A stretch of 40,086 bases of DNA, from assembly GCF_001194135.2 (NCBI RefSeq), contig NC_068987.1:52107532-52147617 (forward strand). The letters run 5' to 3'. How positions within the stretch are numbered: the stretch's first letter is position 1; every line of letters starts with the position of its first letter. A model generated the notes under the pieces. The model was given only the letters and a program-made list of their open reading frames with translations, was not told the DNA's origin and did no database searches. Below, in pieces: positions 24,289 through 37,760 of the stretch. The position numbers and the translations under genes are program-made. This DNA comes from Octopus bimaculoides. Its lineage: Eukaryota.

Positions 24289-24947
24289 NNNNNNNNNNNN
24301 NNNNNNNNNNNNNNNNNNNNNNNNNNNNNNNNNNNNNNNNNNNNNNNNNNNNNNNNNNNNNNNNNNNNNNNNNNNNNNNNNNNNNNNNNNNNNNNNNNNN
24401 NNNNNNNNNNNNNNNNNNNNNNNNNNNNNNNNNNNNNNNNNNNNNNNNNNNNNNNNNNNNNNNNNNNNNNNNNNNNNNNNNNNNNNNNNNNNNNNNNNNN
24501 NNNNNNNNNNNNNNNNNNNNNNNNNNNNNNNNNNNNNNNNNNNNNNNNNNNNNNNNNNNNNNNNNNNNNNNNNNNNNNNNNNNNNNNNNNNNNNNNNNNN
24601 NNNNNNNNNNNNNNNNNNNNNNNNNNNNNNNNNNNNNNNNNNNNNNNNNNNNNNNNNNNNNNNNNNNNNNNNNNNNNNNNNNNNNNNNNNNNNNNNNNNN
24701 NNNNNNNNNNNNNNNNNNNNNNNNNNNNNNNNNNNNNNNNNNNNNNNNNNNNNNNNNNNNNNNNNNNNNNNNNNNNNNNNNNNNNNNNNNNNNNNNNNNN
24801 NNNNNNNNNNNNNNNNNNNNNNNNNNNNNNNNNNNNNNNNNNNNNNNNNNNNNNNNNNNNNNNNNNNNNNNNNNNNNNNNNNNNNNNNNNNNNNNNNNNN
24901 NNNNNNNNNNNNNNNNNNNNNNNNNNNNNNNNNNNNNNNNNNNNNNN
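24289..24947. other. Assembly gap (N)
   Basis: Run of N flanked by (TA)n. Confidence 1.
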
Positions 24948-25304
24948 ATATATATATATATATATATATATACCAGCATTTATATATCCTTGTATGTATG
25001 CGATTGGTGGACGTAAGTAACTGCATATAATGTTCATCTGAGTGTGTGTGTCAAAATAATGTTATTATTTTCAAGGACTTAGGAATGACTGTAAAAGAAT
25101 TGTTTTCACCTGTACATATGAGCGAAGAAACAATATAACACAAAGCGTGTTTATTGACAATGATATGAGAACCAATCATTGCCAATGAACAATAATATCT
25201 GAGTGTGAATTAGCTGTGTCTATCATAGTTTGTAATGTTTTGATATATAATGCAAATTTAAGTTGGATATGCATCAAAATATAAGCATACACTAAATATG
25301 TTTG

Positions 25305-25370
25305 TCTATCTGTTTGTCTATCTATCTATCTATCTATCTATATGTATATATATATCCTTCTCTCTCCCTC

Positions 25371-25403
<33 letters not shown>

Positions 25404-25432
25404 ATATATATATATATATATATACATATAGT
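25305..25432. repeat. Compound (TATC)/(TA)/(TC) microsatellite
   Basis: Direct reading. Confidence 0.9.
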
Positions 25433-26352
25433 GTTCAGTTGTGGAGTGGCGATCCATGTAGAAGGTGATTGATAAGAGTTAAAACTTAAAAGGAATGTAA
25501 ATATTAATAGTTTTAGGAATGTAGTATGATAATCTAGTCTATGAAATGTGTATAAATAAGGGAAATTGTGTCGCCGGCACAAATGTCGTTATGGTGGGAA
25601 ATAGTGTTTTTTTGCAGTCTACGACATCCGACATCATAGAAATACATGATGTATTATGTGGCTGGGATTGGGCTATTAGGTGGAAGAGGAAAAGTAAAAC
25701 GACTCAGAATCAGATGAATAGAAGCGAAAGAATAATAAGGTATGACAGTTAGAATATGGTAGGACATTTAGTACAAATTGCGAGTTTAGAGGGCGAATTA
25801 AATAAATGTATATAAAGAAGTGTAGGGAAGCAAAAAGTAGATAAGTAGAAACTTTCGCAGTAGGTAAATATGTTTTAATTGTTAAAATAAATTAAAACGA
25901 GTGAACAGGTTGGAAATCCGAAATGTGTAAAAACGAATAAGCGGTAAGCGGTATCGTAGAACGACTTATTATCTCTGAATACCTATAGTCGATAAGCATT
26001 CTTGCTGGTTGTCTGGTTGTTTTCATGACAAAGGGAAGAGAGTAAAATAGCGATACGAAGGTTGTTAATATAAGAGGTGACGAGTGAACGCTATAAACAT
26101 ACAGTGATAAAGAAAGAATCATAAAGACAAAGCAGAATGACAGTGTAGTTACGGGTAACATTTATAAAAATGAAAAATTTGTTTTCTATGATTTAGTTAA
26201 ATATTACGAATATATTTCATAAGAAAATTGGTACCCATTTCCTGTTTTTTTTTTTATAAGTATCAAAGACTGAACGGAAGTTAAATTACAACTATTTTAT
26301 ATATGCCATATTTTCTGACATTACTCATGGGGGGTAGATCTATCTGTGTATA

Positions 26353-27008
26353 NNNNNNNNNNNNNNNNNNNNNNNNNNNNNNNNNNNNNNNNNNNNNNNN
26401 NNNNNNNNNNNNNNNNNNNNNNNNNNNNNNNNNNNNNNNNNNNNNNNNNNNNNNNNNNNNNNNNNNNNNNNNNNNNNNNNNNNNNNNNNNNNNNNNNNNN
26501 NNNNNNNNNNNNNNNNNNNNNNNNNNNNNNNNNNNNNNNNNNNNNNNNNNNNNNNNNNNNNNNNNNNNNNNNNNNNNNNNNNNNNNNNNNNNNNNNNNNN
26601 NNNNNNNNNNNNNNNNNNNNNNNNNNNNNNNNNNNNNNNNNNNNNNNNNNNNNNNNNNNNNNNNNNNNNNNNNNNNNNNNNNNNNNNNNNNNNNNNNNNN
26701 NNNNNNNNNNNNNNNNNNNNNNNNNNNNNNNNNNNNNNNNNNNNNNNNNNNNNNNNNNNNNNNNNNNNNNNNNNNNNNNNNNNNNNNNNNNNNNNNNNNN
26801 NNNNNNNNNNNNNNNNNNNNNNNNNNNNNNNNNNNNNNNNNNNNNNNNNNNNNNNNNNNNNNNNNNNNNNNNNNNNNNNNNNNNNNNNNNNNNNNNNNNN
26901 NNNNNNNNNNNNNNNNNNNNNNNNNNNNNNNNNNNNNNNNNNNNNNNNNNNNNNNNNNNNNNNNNNNNNNNNNNNNNNNNNNNNNNNNNNNNNNNNNNNN
27001 NNNNNNNN
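26353..27008. other. Assembly gap (N)
   Basis: Run of N with (TA)n on its right. Confidence 1.
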
Positions 27009-27039
<31 letters not shown>

Positions 27040-27227
27040 TTACATACAGAAGACCAAAAGTGTAGATACGCCGATATATGCATATATAAAAGATCAAATC
27101 CAAAATTGGGACAATAATGTAACAGGCGACTATACAGCATTCGGACAGTAGGGGATACAATAAAGGACAGGAAAAAGAAACAAGGACGGGACATTCGGAG
27201 CTTTCAATCTTCAATCGAGAATCACAC

Positions 27228-27228
27228 C

Positions 27229-27313
<85 letters not shown>

Positions 27314-27317
27314 ACAT
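27228..27317. repeat. (CA)n microsatellite
   Basis: Direct reading. Confidence 0.95.
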
Positions 27318-28879
27318 ATCGAAGGAGAGGTAGAGCGTGGTCAGAGTCCCCACATCTACTATAAGGATACGAGAATCGTAACATGTAGCCAGGTACTGAA
27401 AATTCAATAGGCACTATCTACCGATCCATATGCATGTCATATTCAGTCATTTGATTCTGCTCCTACGTAGGTTAGTGTTAACATTGTGTCCGTCTATTTC
27501 ATATGGTAGTGAAATTGCTTTATGGATGTAGACTGATGCCTGCGCAAATTACTATTTATAATTATTCTATTTTTATGCAGAAGCCGAAAAGCATAAATCT
27601 TATGTAGTACGAATGAATACAAAACTTTCTCCAAATAGGCTTAGATAATTAGGCGCCATCACTATGAAACGTTATTACAAAATTTAATATTACATAAAAG
27701 AATTTGTTAATATTGCATGATAGACAGGAATTGTTTACAAAACCGGCCTGTCACTTTCTGAAGGACAACAGTTTGTATTACTGGAGAGGAACGAAGTAGA
27801 ACTCAAAATTCCATTTTAGCAAACAGCCAGGAAGTTCATTTCAAAATGCATTGGAAAAGTATATGAACACATTCTCCATCACTCAAAACTAGGAAGACAT
27901 CGTCTTTATCCAAATGTATTGAACACTGTGTAGCACTAATTAGGTTTTTAATCAACGTACTCTGATGAACTTATCTTTTCGTTGTATATCTGTATTTGTT
28001 ATCTAATTTGTGTAAGTATTATTCCTAGTACATATTAGCAATGTATGATACTTATATACATAGCAGTATATATACAGAAATTAGATAACAAATCCACATA
28101 TAAAATGATGAGATAATTTCATCATGGTATAACCAGATTAATCAAAGACAAAATTAGAGCGACAAAGCAAACATTTAAGAACTTCCACGTAGTGGTGCGC
28201 CCGACTAACATTCGCAGTCAAGTCAACCTCTCTTTTGCCCAAAACATCTTTCAGGCAGTAGATATTAAGTGTTACATACTGAGATATATAAACTGGGCTG
28301 GAATATATTTAATCGGTAATCTACTTGAGAAAATCTAACCTGTAGCTCAATAATTTGTTCTTGTACACTCGCAAATATAGCATCATTGGGTAAGATCAAA
28401 CAGTAACCTAGGACTTATTAATCGAATAACACAACGCCATTCTTTCACAAACAAAAATAAACAATCAATAAGAAGAACCATTAATAATTCGAAAAGAAAG
28501 AAAAATAGATTAACCTGTGTGGCCTTAGTTGGCACAAAACGCCAGTAATAAAAGAAATTTTATTACTTTATTACTTGTGTAATGAATAATGTATTTTAAT
28601 GCTTAGTATGCTCACATATACACAGGCATATACACTTGCGTACACAAGAACACGGATACACTATCAACACACATGTATAAGAAGTTCACGTCAGCATTAT
28701 AAATATATTATAAAAGCGATGAAAACCAAATGAATGAAGAGAGCAGAGAAAGGACAAGTTTTAATAAATGCTATATAAAAGAATGGTAGGAATCTTTGCT
28801 TAGATGGAAGGGTTCGCTCATCTCACCTGTGTTGCCTACTATCATTTTCTATTGCTTCAATAATATATATATATATATA

Positions 28880-29142
28880 NNNNNNNNNNNNNNNNNNNNN
28901 NNNNNNNNNNNNNNNNNNNNNNNNNNNNNNNNNNNNNNNNNNNNNNNNNNNNNNNNNNNNNNNNNNNNNNNNNNNNNNNNNNNNNNNNNNNNNNNNNNNN
29001 NNNNNNNNNNNNNNNNNNNNNNNNNNNNNNNNNNNNNNNNNNNNNNNNNNNNNNNNNNNNNNNNNNNNNNNNNNNNNNNNNNNNNNNNNNNNNNNNNNNN
29101 NNNNNNNNNNNNNNNNNNNNNNNNNNNNNNNNNNNNNNNNNN
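28880..29142. other. Assembly gap (N)
   Basis: Run of N flanked by (TA)n. Confidence 1.
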
Positions 29143-29290
29143 TATATATATATATATATATATGAAAAATAAAACACAAAAGATAACTTATACTTATTGA
29201 TAGAAATATGTGAATAATTAAAGTCAGTTTGATTTGTTGGTAGTTAAGACATTAAGAGAGTCTTTCGCATGCAATTACTACACTATAAAG

Positions 29291-29325
<35 letters not shown>

Positions 29326-29550
29326 ACCACGAACGAAAGGCTGGCTGTAGAACGTGTTTGAAACTGGATGTTCAACTTCAAAGCCATGTAAATTTATTGA
29401 ATTTAAACACCACTGCTCTACACATGTAATCATTAAACTGAAAGGAAGTAGCTTAAAATTGGAAATTCTATGGAGCAATAGGAATTGCACGGTGCACATT
29501 TATATCAGTTTCGTCTTATTGTTAATTACAAAGCAGTCTTTACGATTTAT

Positions 29551-29736
29551 GGTTTCAAATTCTGGAACAAGGACAGTAATTTTTAGAGAAGCGTTCAATA
29601 GGTACTTATTTTATCGACTACGAAATATGGAAGGTAAAATCGACCTCGGCGGAATTTGAAGTCAGAACCTGAGACGGGTGAAATGCTGTTAAGCACTTTG
29701 TCCGGCGTGCTAACGATTCTATTAGCTTGCTATCTT
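29551..29736 (-). mobile_element. SINE family A
   Basis: GGTTTCAAATT..GGTACTTATTTTATCGAC..TCGACCTCGGCGGAATTTGAA..GGCGTGCTAACGATTC. Confidence 0.85.
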
Positions 29737-29752
29737 CGTGTGCTGTAATATT

Positions 29753-29959
29753 GGTTTGCAATTTTGGCACAAGGCCAGTAATTTTGGGGGTTGAGATTAA
29801 GTCGATTATATAAATCCCAGTGTTCAGGAGGTACTTATTTTATCGACACTGAAAAGCAAAGTCGATCTCGGTGACCTTTGATCTCGGAAAGTGAAGAACG
29901 ACGAAGTGCCACTAAGTATTTCACCCGGTGTGCTAACGAATCTATCACATCGACATCTT
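29753..29959 (-). mobile_element. SINE family A, tandem second copy
   Basis: GGTTTGCAATTTTGGCACAAGGCCAG..GGTACTTATTTTATCGAC..AAAGTCGATCTCGG..GGTGTGCTAACGAATC. Confidence 0.8.
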
Positions 29960-30954
29960 CAAACGCAGGAATATTAAAATCTTTCGGCAGCTTCGTTTTA
30001 CTGTTTGCTAATTGGTGGGGAAGTATGTATTCAATGTATATACAAAATGCCTAGACAATATTGTAATAAAAAGAATTTGACTATTTGTTTTAAATTTCAA
30101 ATATATTTCGTTATGGTTAGAAAATACCAGCTCGAATTAATTTCATATCCGTTGAACCGATATAATGTTTTGGATACGAGCTATTATTCAACAACATTCT
30201 CAAACACTAGTCTAAGGAATTCGCAAAACAGATTACATTACTCAGGTACACACTTCGATTCTTACAATTATACCTGCTCTCGCTTTCCATATATTATTAA
30301 TATATTAATATTATTTGACACGCTTTGATTTAATTGAATTAAGACAGCTGTTGCAATTTGGAGCCTGAACGAGAAGCTTTAATAGAATTTCTATAAGAAA
30401 TCTTGTGATTTATCAACTGTTTTAAAATGAAATGAAGAGAAACATATTTAAAAAAATTGCTTAGATAAAATTATCGTCATATTTGAGCTAAAAATAATAT
30501 TACAATGCACGAATTATGTTTGTTTCTGTTTCTAAATATGGCAGATATATCCCTCGAATTAAATTCAATCCTATCCCAAAACAAACTACAACTGAATGCT
30601 TTCCTATATTATTTTGAATCTTTTGGAAAACTAACTACATCGGAGAACATTAAGAATATACACGTACTAACATTGGTGGCAACATCTATGGAGATTGTTT
30701 ACTAGGTGATGAGGGCCCAAATTACCCCGAAATAACAATTCATTAGGCATATGATTTGGGAAATCGTCAAAATATAATGATGTTTTTCAACAATTAACAT
30801 TTGCTGTTTTTTCTTACCAGCAAATTCTCAATCTAAGTTTCTAAACTTCGTCGCACCAGTTTGAAGTTTGTGTAATAGAAATTTACTATTCCTGTTGCTT
30901 AGAAGAGATAAAATATATCCCTCCATTAAACGCCTGGAATGCTTTAGCCCCACC

Positions 30955-31015
30955 CACACAAACATAAGTACAAACAGACACAAATACACACATACACACA
31001 TATACACACACACAT

Positions 31016-31104
<89 letters not shown>

Positions 31105-31107
31105 CAC
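30955..31107. repeat. (CA)n-(TA)n microsatellite
   Basis: Direct reading. Confidence 0.95.
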
Positions 31108-31468
31108 GCACATATTGCAGGATTCAAGCGAGTCTGGTTAAACATTTCTTATATCAAAATGAAATAAAAGATCCTACACTTCCTTTGTGAAAGGTTCTAC
31201 AATAGCGGAAGTATTACATATCTTTAAGTTTCTCACTCAAAAATAAGTGAATTAAAATTCATTTTAATGCATAAATAAAAAGAAATTTTACATTGTAAAG
31301 TAACGTACACTTATGGTGGATTGCAAGATCGTTCTCATGTTCATTCTGTGGGAAATGACGTGGACACTAGGCTTGGCCTTTTTATCTATCTTCTGTTTCA
31401 AGTCATTATGTGATCACTTGTCTTCTAACTTTAGAAGTATCAAGATAATACTTTAAGTATAAATAATA

Positions 31469-31842
31469 TACGCAGGAGTGGCTGTGTGGTAAGTAGCTTG
31501 CTTATTAACCACATGGTTCCGGGTTCATTCCCACTGCGTGGCACCTTGGGCAAGTGTCTTCTACTATAGCCTCGGGCCGACCAAAACCTTGTGAGAACTT
31601 GAAAGAAGCCCGTTGTATATATATACATGTTTATATGTTTGTTTGTCTGTGTCCCCCTAACATCGCTTGACAACTGATGGTGGTGTATGTACGTCCCCGT
31701 AACTTACCGGTTCGATAAAATATATTGATAGAATAAGTACTAGGTTTACACAGAATAAGTCCTGGGGTTGATTTTCTCGACTAAAGGCGGTGCTACAGCA
31801 TGGCCGCAATCAAATTACTGAACCAAGTAAAAGAGTAACGAG
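31469..31842 (+). mobile_element. Near full-length tRNA-derived SINE, family B
   Basis: CGCAGGAGTGGCTGTGTGGTAAGTAGCTTGC..GGTTCCGGGTTCATTCCC (A- and B-box-like), GCACCTTGGGCAAGTGTC (CORE-like motif), internal microsatellite, 3' end ..CAGCATGGCCGCA..AAGTAAAAGAG. Confidence 0.9.
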
Positions 31843-33309
31843 TATAATTAAATAGTCTTCTATATCCATTTCTAGTTAATTTATAGGTGTTAATATTTGT
31901 TTCATGACGATTAATATCTGTCTGGTTATTTTTGCTTAACCACATTACTGATATTCATAATCAAATTCACCGTAAATTCGTACACCATAGCCCACCCACA
32001 CCATTAATATCACCGTCGTCGCCGTTACTGGAATAATTATATTGTCTCAGTAAACATCATCAACATCCACTGATCATTTTCACCTATCACTATAAACACG
32101 TACATGAAGTTTATTGTTGGTATAAAACAATACGAATGAATAACGCCGACAATATATTCATAAGTGCTTAATGCAAAACATCTTCGCAGTTGTTTGGCGT
32201 TCAACGCATAGCAAGCACTGATTTCCACACCAGAACTTACCATTTTAGTTTTTCTCAGAGGCATAGTTTTCCTCAAAGGCATAGTGCTAAATATTATGTC
32301 CATTGCCTGTCATGTTTTTCCATAATGACAATTTTTTTCTATATTATGTCCATAATCATTGCTTTTAACACTTATGATTTTGTATATTTTCTCCAGAGTT
32401 GATGGGTTTCACTGGAGTTCTCTCTATTTCATTTTTTTGTTTGTAATTAAAAAAATATCCTCATAGCCATTGTTTATTTGTATAACTAACACCCTATTTT
32501 CAGTAACGAGTGTGGAAGCACATTCTGGTTAGGTGACGTCTCCTGCTTTTGGCTTACAGAAATGACCACGCTATACAGTCGAACATTCTAAGTGTTTCAA
32601 GAAGTTCCTGCTGTTTTCGTTGTATAAAAGCCGGCTAAGATCAACCAGAGTCCGACCCTTCGAAGAGGATGTTATTAGCTTTTAAAACGTCGAATAATCC
32701 TTTGCTGAAATTCATCCTGGAGTTAAATGTCCCTAATTTAATTACAACTAAGTTAGACACTCGCTTTCTACAATACACCTCTGGTGAATTCTGGAAAACG
32801 TACGAATATAAATGTAAATACTGTAATTACCATATATATAAATACTTATATCAACTATGTTACCGTCTGGGTTGTTATGGGAATACACATAAATGACTAC
32901 ACCAACCCACAAGGAACCATCCTGCAAACCTAAAATGGTATATATTTATCTATGGTCACAATGATATATACCTTATCTGTAACAATGGTCATATTGCAGT
33001 CCATTATCAACGTATATTTTGTAACTAAACATCATGTTCGAGTCACACAAACTGGAATATTTCCCGGATATGTCATCTACACAGCTAACTAGGGCGTGAT
33101 TGTATAATCTCATGACCGGGCAGAAAAAGAAAATCCATATATTCTGCTCTTCCGTGCAAACCAGCGATTCTGAAATATTTTTTGCTCACGGACCACTTTC
33201 ATTCCTATTATATTCTACTGGACTGGCATAGCTGTTTGATGTATATATAAAAAAATTCCTATGATACTTTTATGATTAAACAATAGTCTCAGATTCTTGT
33301 TGTGAGTGG

Positions 33310-33484
33310 CAGGTAAGACGATTACATGGACGGCAAGATTCAACTGGTAATTACTTTATCGACTCCGAAAGAATGGGTAATAAAGTGAAAATCGGCGGAA
33401 TTCAAATTCAGAATGTAAAAACAGAGGAAAAAGTGCTCAGAATTTTGGCCAGCTTCCTAAGGATTCTGCCATGCCATCACCTTA
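33310..33484 (-). mobile_element. Degenerate SINE family A
   Basis: GATTACATGGAC..AACTGGTAATTACTTTATCGACTCCGAAAG..TCGGCGGAATTCAAATTCAGAATGTAA. Confidence 0.7.
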
Positions 33485-33779
33485 TTTTAATAGTTAAATA
33501 TTATTATGAACAACATTAAAAAATTAAAATATTTTGTGTCGTCGAAGTATAAGCAATTTGCTGTACGTAGATTTTAACAACAAAATCTACTATGGGCCCT
33601 TAAGGGCCATATAGACTCCAGCTAAGAACCATTGGGTTAAACAAATGACACATTGAAGAAAAAAGTCGAAGGCATACAAGACTCTCATGGTAGGCCTGTA
33701 TTTTAGTATAGTTTTACATTAACGTGATGACCTGGGATTAAACTAAATATGGTCAAAATTATGTGGAAGATATCTGAGA

Positions 33780-33960
33780 TGGCGGTCGGTGAATTGGCGG
33801 AATTCTTTGAGTAACGATCAATATTCCTTCCGGATTTTGATGCTCTGATTTCAAATGCTGTCGATGTCAAATTTGCATCTTATTCCTATTTAACCGATGT
33901 TTACAAAATAAAGAACCAGTCATGATCCATGTTATCGATTGACTCTCTGTCCTTAAAACT
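33780..33960 (+). mobile_element. Very degenerate SINE family A
   Basis: GGCGGTCGGTGAATTGGCGGAA head, CTGATTTCAAAT..GTCGATGTCAAATTTGC core, ATGTTATCGATTGACT. Confidence 0.45.
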
Positions 33961-34510
33961 GGAGCGATGTGACTAAATCAGAGCGAATTGCATGTGATGT
34001 AAAGTAAACTAAGAGAACATGTGAAGATAGCATTAAAACAAAGGGATTAACATTTGAAACATTGATTTCTATCAAAGCCCAACACAAATTTGGTGGGAGT
34101 TTAACCTTCACTTAGAGACCAACATAACTCGAATACACTCTAATATTATCAAGAAAGAGAAAGATATAAGACATAGTTGACCGCGACAGTATTCGAAACT
34201 GGAGCATAAATAGGTTCAATAAAGAGAAAAAGCAACATCAACATTTACAAGACCCCCCAAAAATACCGTCTTCACGATCATTAGGTTTTCTGATATCACT
34301 ACACAAATTCTTCCAGGGCAAAATTTCGTATCATATTTATGTTGTCCACAGTGACTGTAATGAATATTTTGGCTACAGGTACACATTTGTATATTTTATC
34401 CATAGTCACAATATTATATCTCTGTTGCCTATATTCATCATCTTGAACAATTGTTGATTCTCTTTTCTTTTGCATTAAAAAATGCACAACTTTTCCTCAT
34501 TAAATCATTG

Positions 34511-34512
34511 AT

Positions 34513-34557
<45 letters not shown>

Positions 34558-34580
34558 GTGTGCTGTGTGTGTGTGTGTGT
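34511..34580. repeat. (GT)n microsatellite
   Basis: Direct reading. Confidence 0.95.
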
Positions 34581-35201
34581 TTTGTTGCTGGGTTTTGTTG
34601 CGTCCGTTTTGTTCTTGTTGCTTGTTATTTTCATGTCAGCTCTGTTCAAGCATATCTTAATCATAGCCATTCATGTCGTGAGCATTCAATCACTTTATAA
34701 TAAAGTCAAGGAACTGCATTTAAATTGTCGTTCTTCGCAATAAAGATTGATTATAGTTCGATGGATATTCGGTTGCTATTTCTAGGTCATCAATCAACTG
34801 ATTAGAGTCCTCCTTCTTGGATCGTACTTTCTCTCATTATATGGTTTGTCTACAGGTGAGATAGATTTCGCAGTAAAGTGTTATAGTAATTGTTGAAAGT
34901 TTTGACAGATGTGCCTGCATATTGACAGTGATCGATAATGTAATGGCAGGTAACTGATGGATCAGCAATTGCTGAAGCAACGAAACAGCATGCATGCATT
35001 AAAGGTATCGCCCAGTAGTTGATCGAAATGTTAGACATAGCAGTCAAATATCTTTCAAATCATACACTGCTGCTTCAAACAAACGCTATATTGGTAGATG
35101 TACTTCCTGGGGGACAAATAAACGGATCCACATTACCGTAGGACCTTTTTTTTTTGTTTGATAGATATATTCAGTTACCGCTCACCTAGAGCTGAGTTTT
35201 G

Positions 35202-35412
35202 TAGATTATATCCATATAGTATTTTTATAGATTATATCCATATAGTATTTTTTATAGATTATATCCATATAGTATTTTTTATAGATTAAATCCATATAGT
35301 ATTTTTTATAGATTATATCCATATAGTATTTTTTATAGATTATATCCATATAGTATTTTTTATAGATTATATCCATATAGTATTTTTTATAGATTATATC
35401 CATTTAGTATTT
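35202..35412. repeat. 27-bp minisatellite, about 7.7 copies (TAGATTATATCCATATAGTATTTTTTA)
   Basis: Near-identical units; the minus-strand ORF repeats MDIIYKKYY. Confidence 0.95.
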
Positions 35413-36719
35413 TATTTTCAGAATATTTATTTACTTTATTCTCAACCGACCGATTGTACGAGGTACACAGTTTTGTTGTAGATGTTTGTGATTATATGTG
35501 GAAATATTAGCTGTCGACACATGTGAGTCTTGACGCATGATAGAGTAAGAATGATTAGATGATTTGGTTGAGTTAATGTCTTGCCTTGTTTATTTCGGCT
35601 GAGATCAAATCATGCCAATTTTAAATATGGCTTTCAGTCTTTTGGATTCGATAAAGTGACGTTTCCAACCTGTGCAGAGGATAGGGTTAATAAAAGTAAT
35701 TGTCTCGGATGACATGCTTTGCGGCATTTCTTCCGATTAATGAGTTCTCAGTTGTTATGAGTTATAGTTGATCCGTAGCCTACTTCAAAACCTCCACTTC
35801 ACCCTTGGGGGTATTGTACGGAGCTCTTTGTGTTTCAAGGAGTCGAAGCAATTTCCAGTTTGATGATGGGAAGTTTTGGCCTTCATCCACTTCGTTTCGG
35901 AAATGAGAGAAAAAGAATCCTCTTAGACATTGTTGTATGTATGTGAGCAAACAGTAAAATAAAAAAAGAAAAAAAAAAGAAAAAGAAAACAATCGTGCTG
36001 TAATCTGTTTACGAATGTATGTATATATTTTGTAAATTCTTCATTGGTTTAGAAAAAAAGATTCCATATTGCCCCAGGGAAGATATATATACTAAATATA
36101 AGATTGTGTATATTTTTTAATGAAGCCTAACTTAGAAGGTCCTAAGCTACAGCTTTTCTACTAATTTAAAAGCCGTGATTAGTTTTGAGGTGAATATAAG
36201 TATTCAATGTGTATTGTTTTTCTTACCATGTCCCATGTAGTTCGGAAGAGAGAGTGTAGATAATTCTTCATATATTTTCTCTTCTTAGTGCAAGAAATGT
36301 TAACGTATTTTCATTAGTAAAGTTGTTTACATTACTAGTCAGGATTTAATGAGATTTTGTTCAGTGATGCTGGGAGAAAGTTAGATTCAGGATTACTTTT
36401 ATGATATCATGAAACCAGATTTCTGAGAGATTACAAAACAGAAAACCAATGCACAATATTCCCAAACTGACACACACATGACATCAAAGATATCTCCACC
36501 CACAATGCTCTTATCGTGTTTATAAATAATGAATACATGGATAAAAGAGCAGAATGGCCATAATTGAAATTATTTGGTTACTAAGCACTCGATCTGGAAT
36601 AGTCACAAAATGAATTACAAAAACATCGACGTATATGTATGTCAGTAAGATGAATTGTTGTGAGATGGGCTCAAATCAACAGGTTAAAGATACGAAGAAT
36701 ATATCGAGTAGGCACAAGG

Positions 36720-36991
36720 GAAGGAAATCGACCCCAGGACTTTTTCGTTGTAGTTACGGGGATGTAAATACACCAACATCGGTTGCAAAGCGAGTGTGGG
36801 GGGGGGGGGAAACACAGACACAGACACAAATATAAACATATATTTATATACGACGGACTTTCAGTTTCCGTCTACGAAATCCACTCACGAGGCTTTGATC
36901 GACTCGAGGCTGTAGTAGAAGACGCTTGCCCAACTGAACCCGGAACCACATGGTTGGGAAGAAAGCTTCTTACAACACAGCCACACCTGCG
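36720..36991 (-). mobile_element. tRNA-derived SINE, family B
   Basis: Reverse complement CGCAGGTGTGGCTGTGTTGTAAGAAGCTT..ACCATGTGGTTCCGGGTTCAG..TTGGGCAAGCGTCTTCTACTACAGCCTCG; about 20 bp deleted after the B box compared with the 31469 copy. Confidence 0.85.
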
Positions 36992-37266
36992 TCTGTATGC
37001 ATGTGACTATATGTCTTATTTTAATTGCGAGAAGAGCCCTTGGTTTCCATCTTCCACATATATGTTTTCTTATTGGTAATGCCTTCTTGTATATAAGGTA
37101 AAATGCATTTGTCTTCCCAAATAACTTATACTTCTTTGAAGCTCTGAGGAAATTGTAAGGTGCTTCTTAGGCTCTCAACTATGAGTCTACTGCATCTTCT
37201 ATTCGAAGTATCCATAAGCTAATACATTTCACAAGATAATATTTTATTCTTTTGTCATGTATTTTC

Positions 37267-37268
<2 letters not shown>

Positions 37269-37346
<78 letters not shown>

Positions 37347-37353
37347 GTCTCTG

Positions 37354-37443
<90 letters not shown>

Positions 37444-37473
37444 TATATGAATATATATAAATACACACACACA
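37269..37473. repeat. Compound microsatellite (TATC)n-(TGTC)n-(TGTCTC)n-(TC)n-(TA)n
   Basis: Direct reading. Confidence 0.95.
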
Positions 37474-37760
37474 NNNNNNNNNNNNNNNNNNNNNNNNNNN
37501 NNNNNNNNNNNNNNNNNNNNNNNNNNNNNNNNNNNNNNNNNNNNNNNNNNNNNNNNNNNNNNNNNNNNNNNNNNNNNNNNNNNNNNNNNNNNNNNNNNNN
37601 NNNNNNNNNNNNNNNNNNNNNNNNNNNNNNNNNNNNNNNNNNNNNNNNNNNNNNNNNNNNNNNNNNNNNNNNNNNNNNNNNNNNNNNNNNNNNNNNNNNN
37701 NNNNNNNNNNNNNNNNNNNNNNNNNNNNNNNNNNNNNNNNNNNNNNNNNNNNNNNNNNNN
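37474..37760. other. Assembly gap (N)
   Basis: Run of N between microsatellites. Confidence 1.

Noticed and set aside
23272-29200. Long ORFs of 100-330 aa spanning X runs (also 4279-5064, 37252-37890 and 38682-39123)
   Set aside because: They are open only because N bases and (TA)n/(CA)n contain no stop codons.
31469-31530. tRNA-like A/B boxes (also at 3560-3604, 23541 and 36940-36991)
   Set aside because: These are SINE heads that continue into SINE bodies; no complete cloverleaf.
34290-34743. Apparent multi-pass membrane pseudogene across the (GT)n repeat, and minus ORF 34299-34487
   Set aside because: Frequent stops and no family motif. The candidate exon 34317-34378 has a weak donor and is out of phase with 34786-34855.
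35202-35412. Regular repeat resembling a CRISPR array or a repeat protein (MDIIYKKYY)n
   Set aside because: The units abut with no unique spacers, there are no cas genes, and the context is eukaryotic.
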